Shown here: one piece after another, positions 63,451-63,575 of the stretch | How the letters are laid out: each line of letters begins with the position of its first letter | Position numbering within the stretch: position 1 is the first letter of the stretch | From: Thecamonas trahens ATCC 50062 | Lineage: Eukaryota; Protista; Apusomonadida | Direction of reading: 5' to 3' | DNA: 63,575 bases | NCBI RefSeq assembly: GCF_000142905.1 | Contig: NW_013657676.1 | Coordinates: forward strand, 124,426-188,000 | Position numbers and translations under genes: made by a program | The notes under the pieces: generated by a model | What the model was told of the DNA's origin: nothing | The model's database searches: none | Seen by the model: the letters and a program-made list of their open reading frames with translations, nothing else

Positions 63451-63575
63451 CTCCATCGCAGCTTCCTCCACGCCCGCTTTGAGCTCGACACGACGGCTGG
63501 CGTCTTTTCCGTTCACAGAGTTGTCGATGACGATGAGATTGTTGCCGATGACGACGACAGCGGCATCGGCGAGCT
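63451..63575 (-). CDS. Partial internal exon of an unidentified gene
   Basis: Open frame LADAAVVVIGNNLIVIDNSV..EAAME followed by a GTGAGT donor at 63450. Confidence 0.45.

Overview
GC-rich, very gene-dense eukaryotic (protist) DNA with short GT-AG introns (often GTACG donors, poly-C or poly-G tracts) and several N gaps. Gene content and style suggest a flagellated unicellular relative of animals and fungi, such as an apusomonad like Thecamonas; this is inference only. About 35 protein genes are supported. Main finding: a ~3 kb selenoprotein locus invisible to the ORF track. A small spliced gene (ATG|intron|GTC-TGA-GTC-TCG-TGC) reads M-V-U-V-S-C, which resembles the MVCxxC start of the C18orf32/UPF0729 family, and has a SECIS-like hairpin in its 3' UTR. 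A nearby SelO gene ends L-S-U-S-S-stop with a second SECIS that has a CUGA core, and an OXLD1-like gene lies between them. Other notable items: a spliced APC16-like microprotein; a LIM protein with C-terminal paxillin-type LD motifs; a UIM+PARP-like ART head-to-head with a NADAR hydrolase; a Zn-macrodomain-SirTM fusion; an RA-PH-Akt-like kinase; a BBE-oxidase/SnoaL fusion; and three frameshifts at 5-nt homopolymers that are probably sequencing errors. All family assignments are from motif recognition by eye; no database searches were run.
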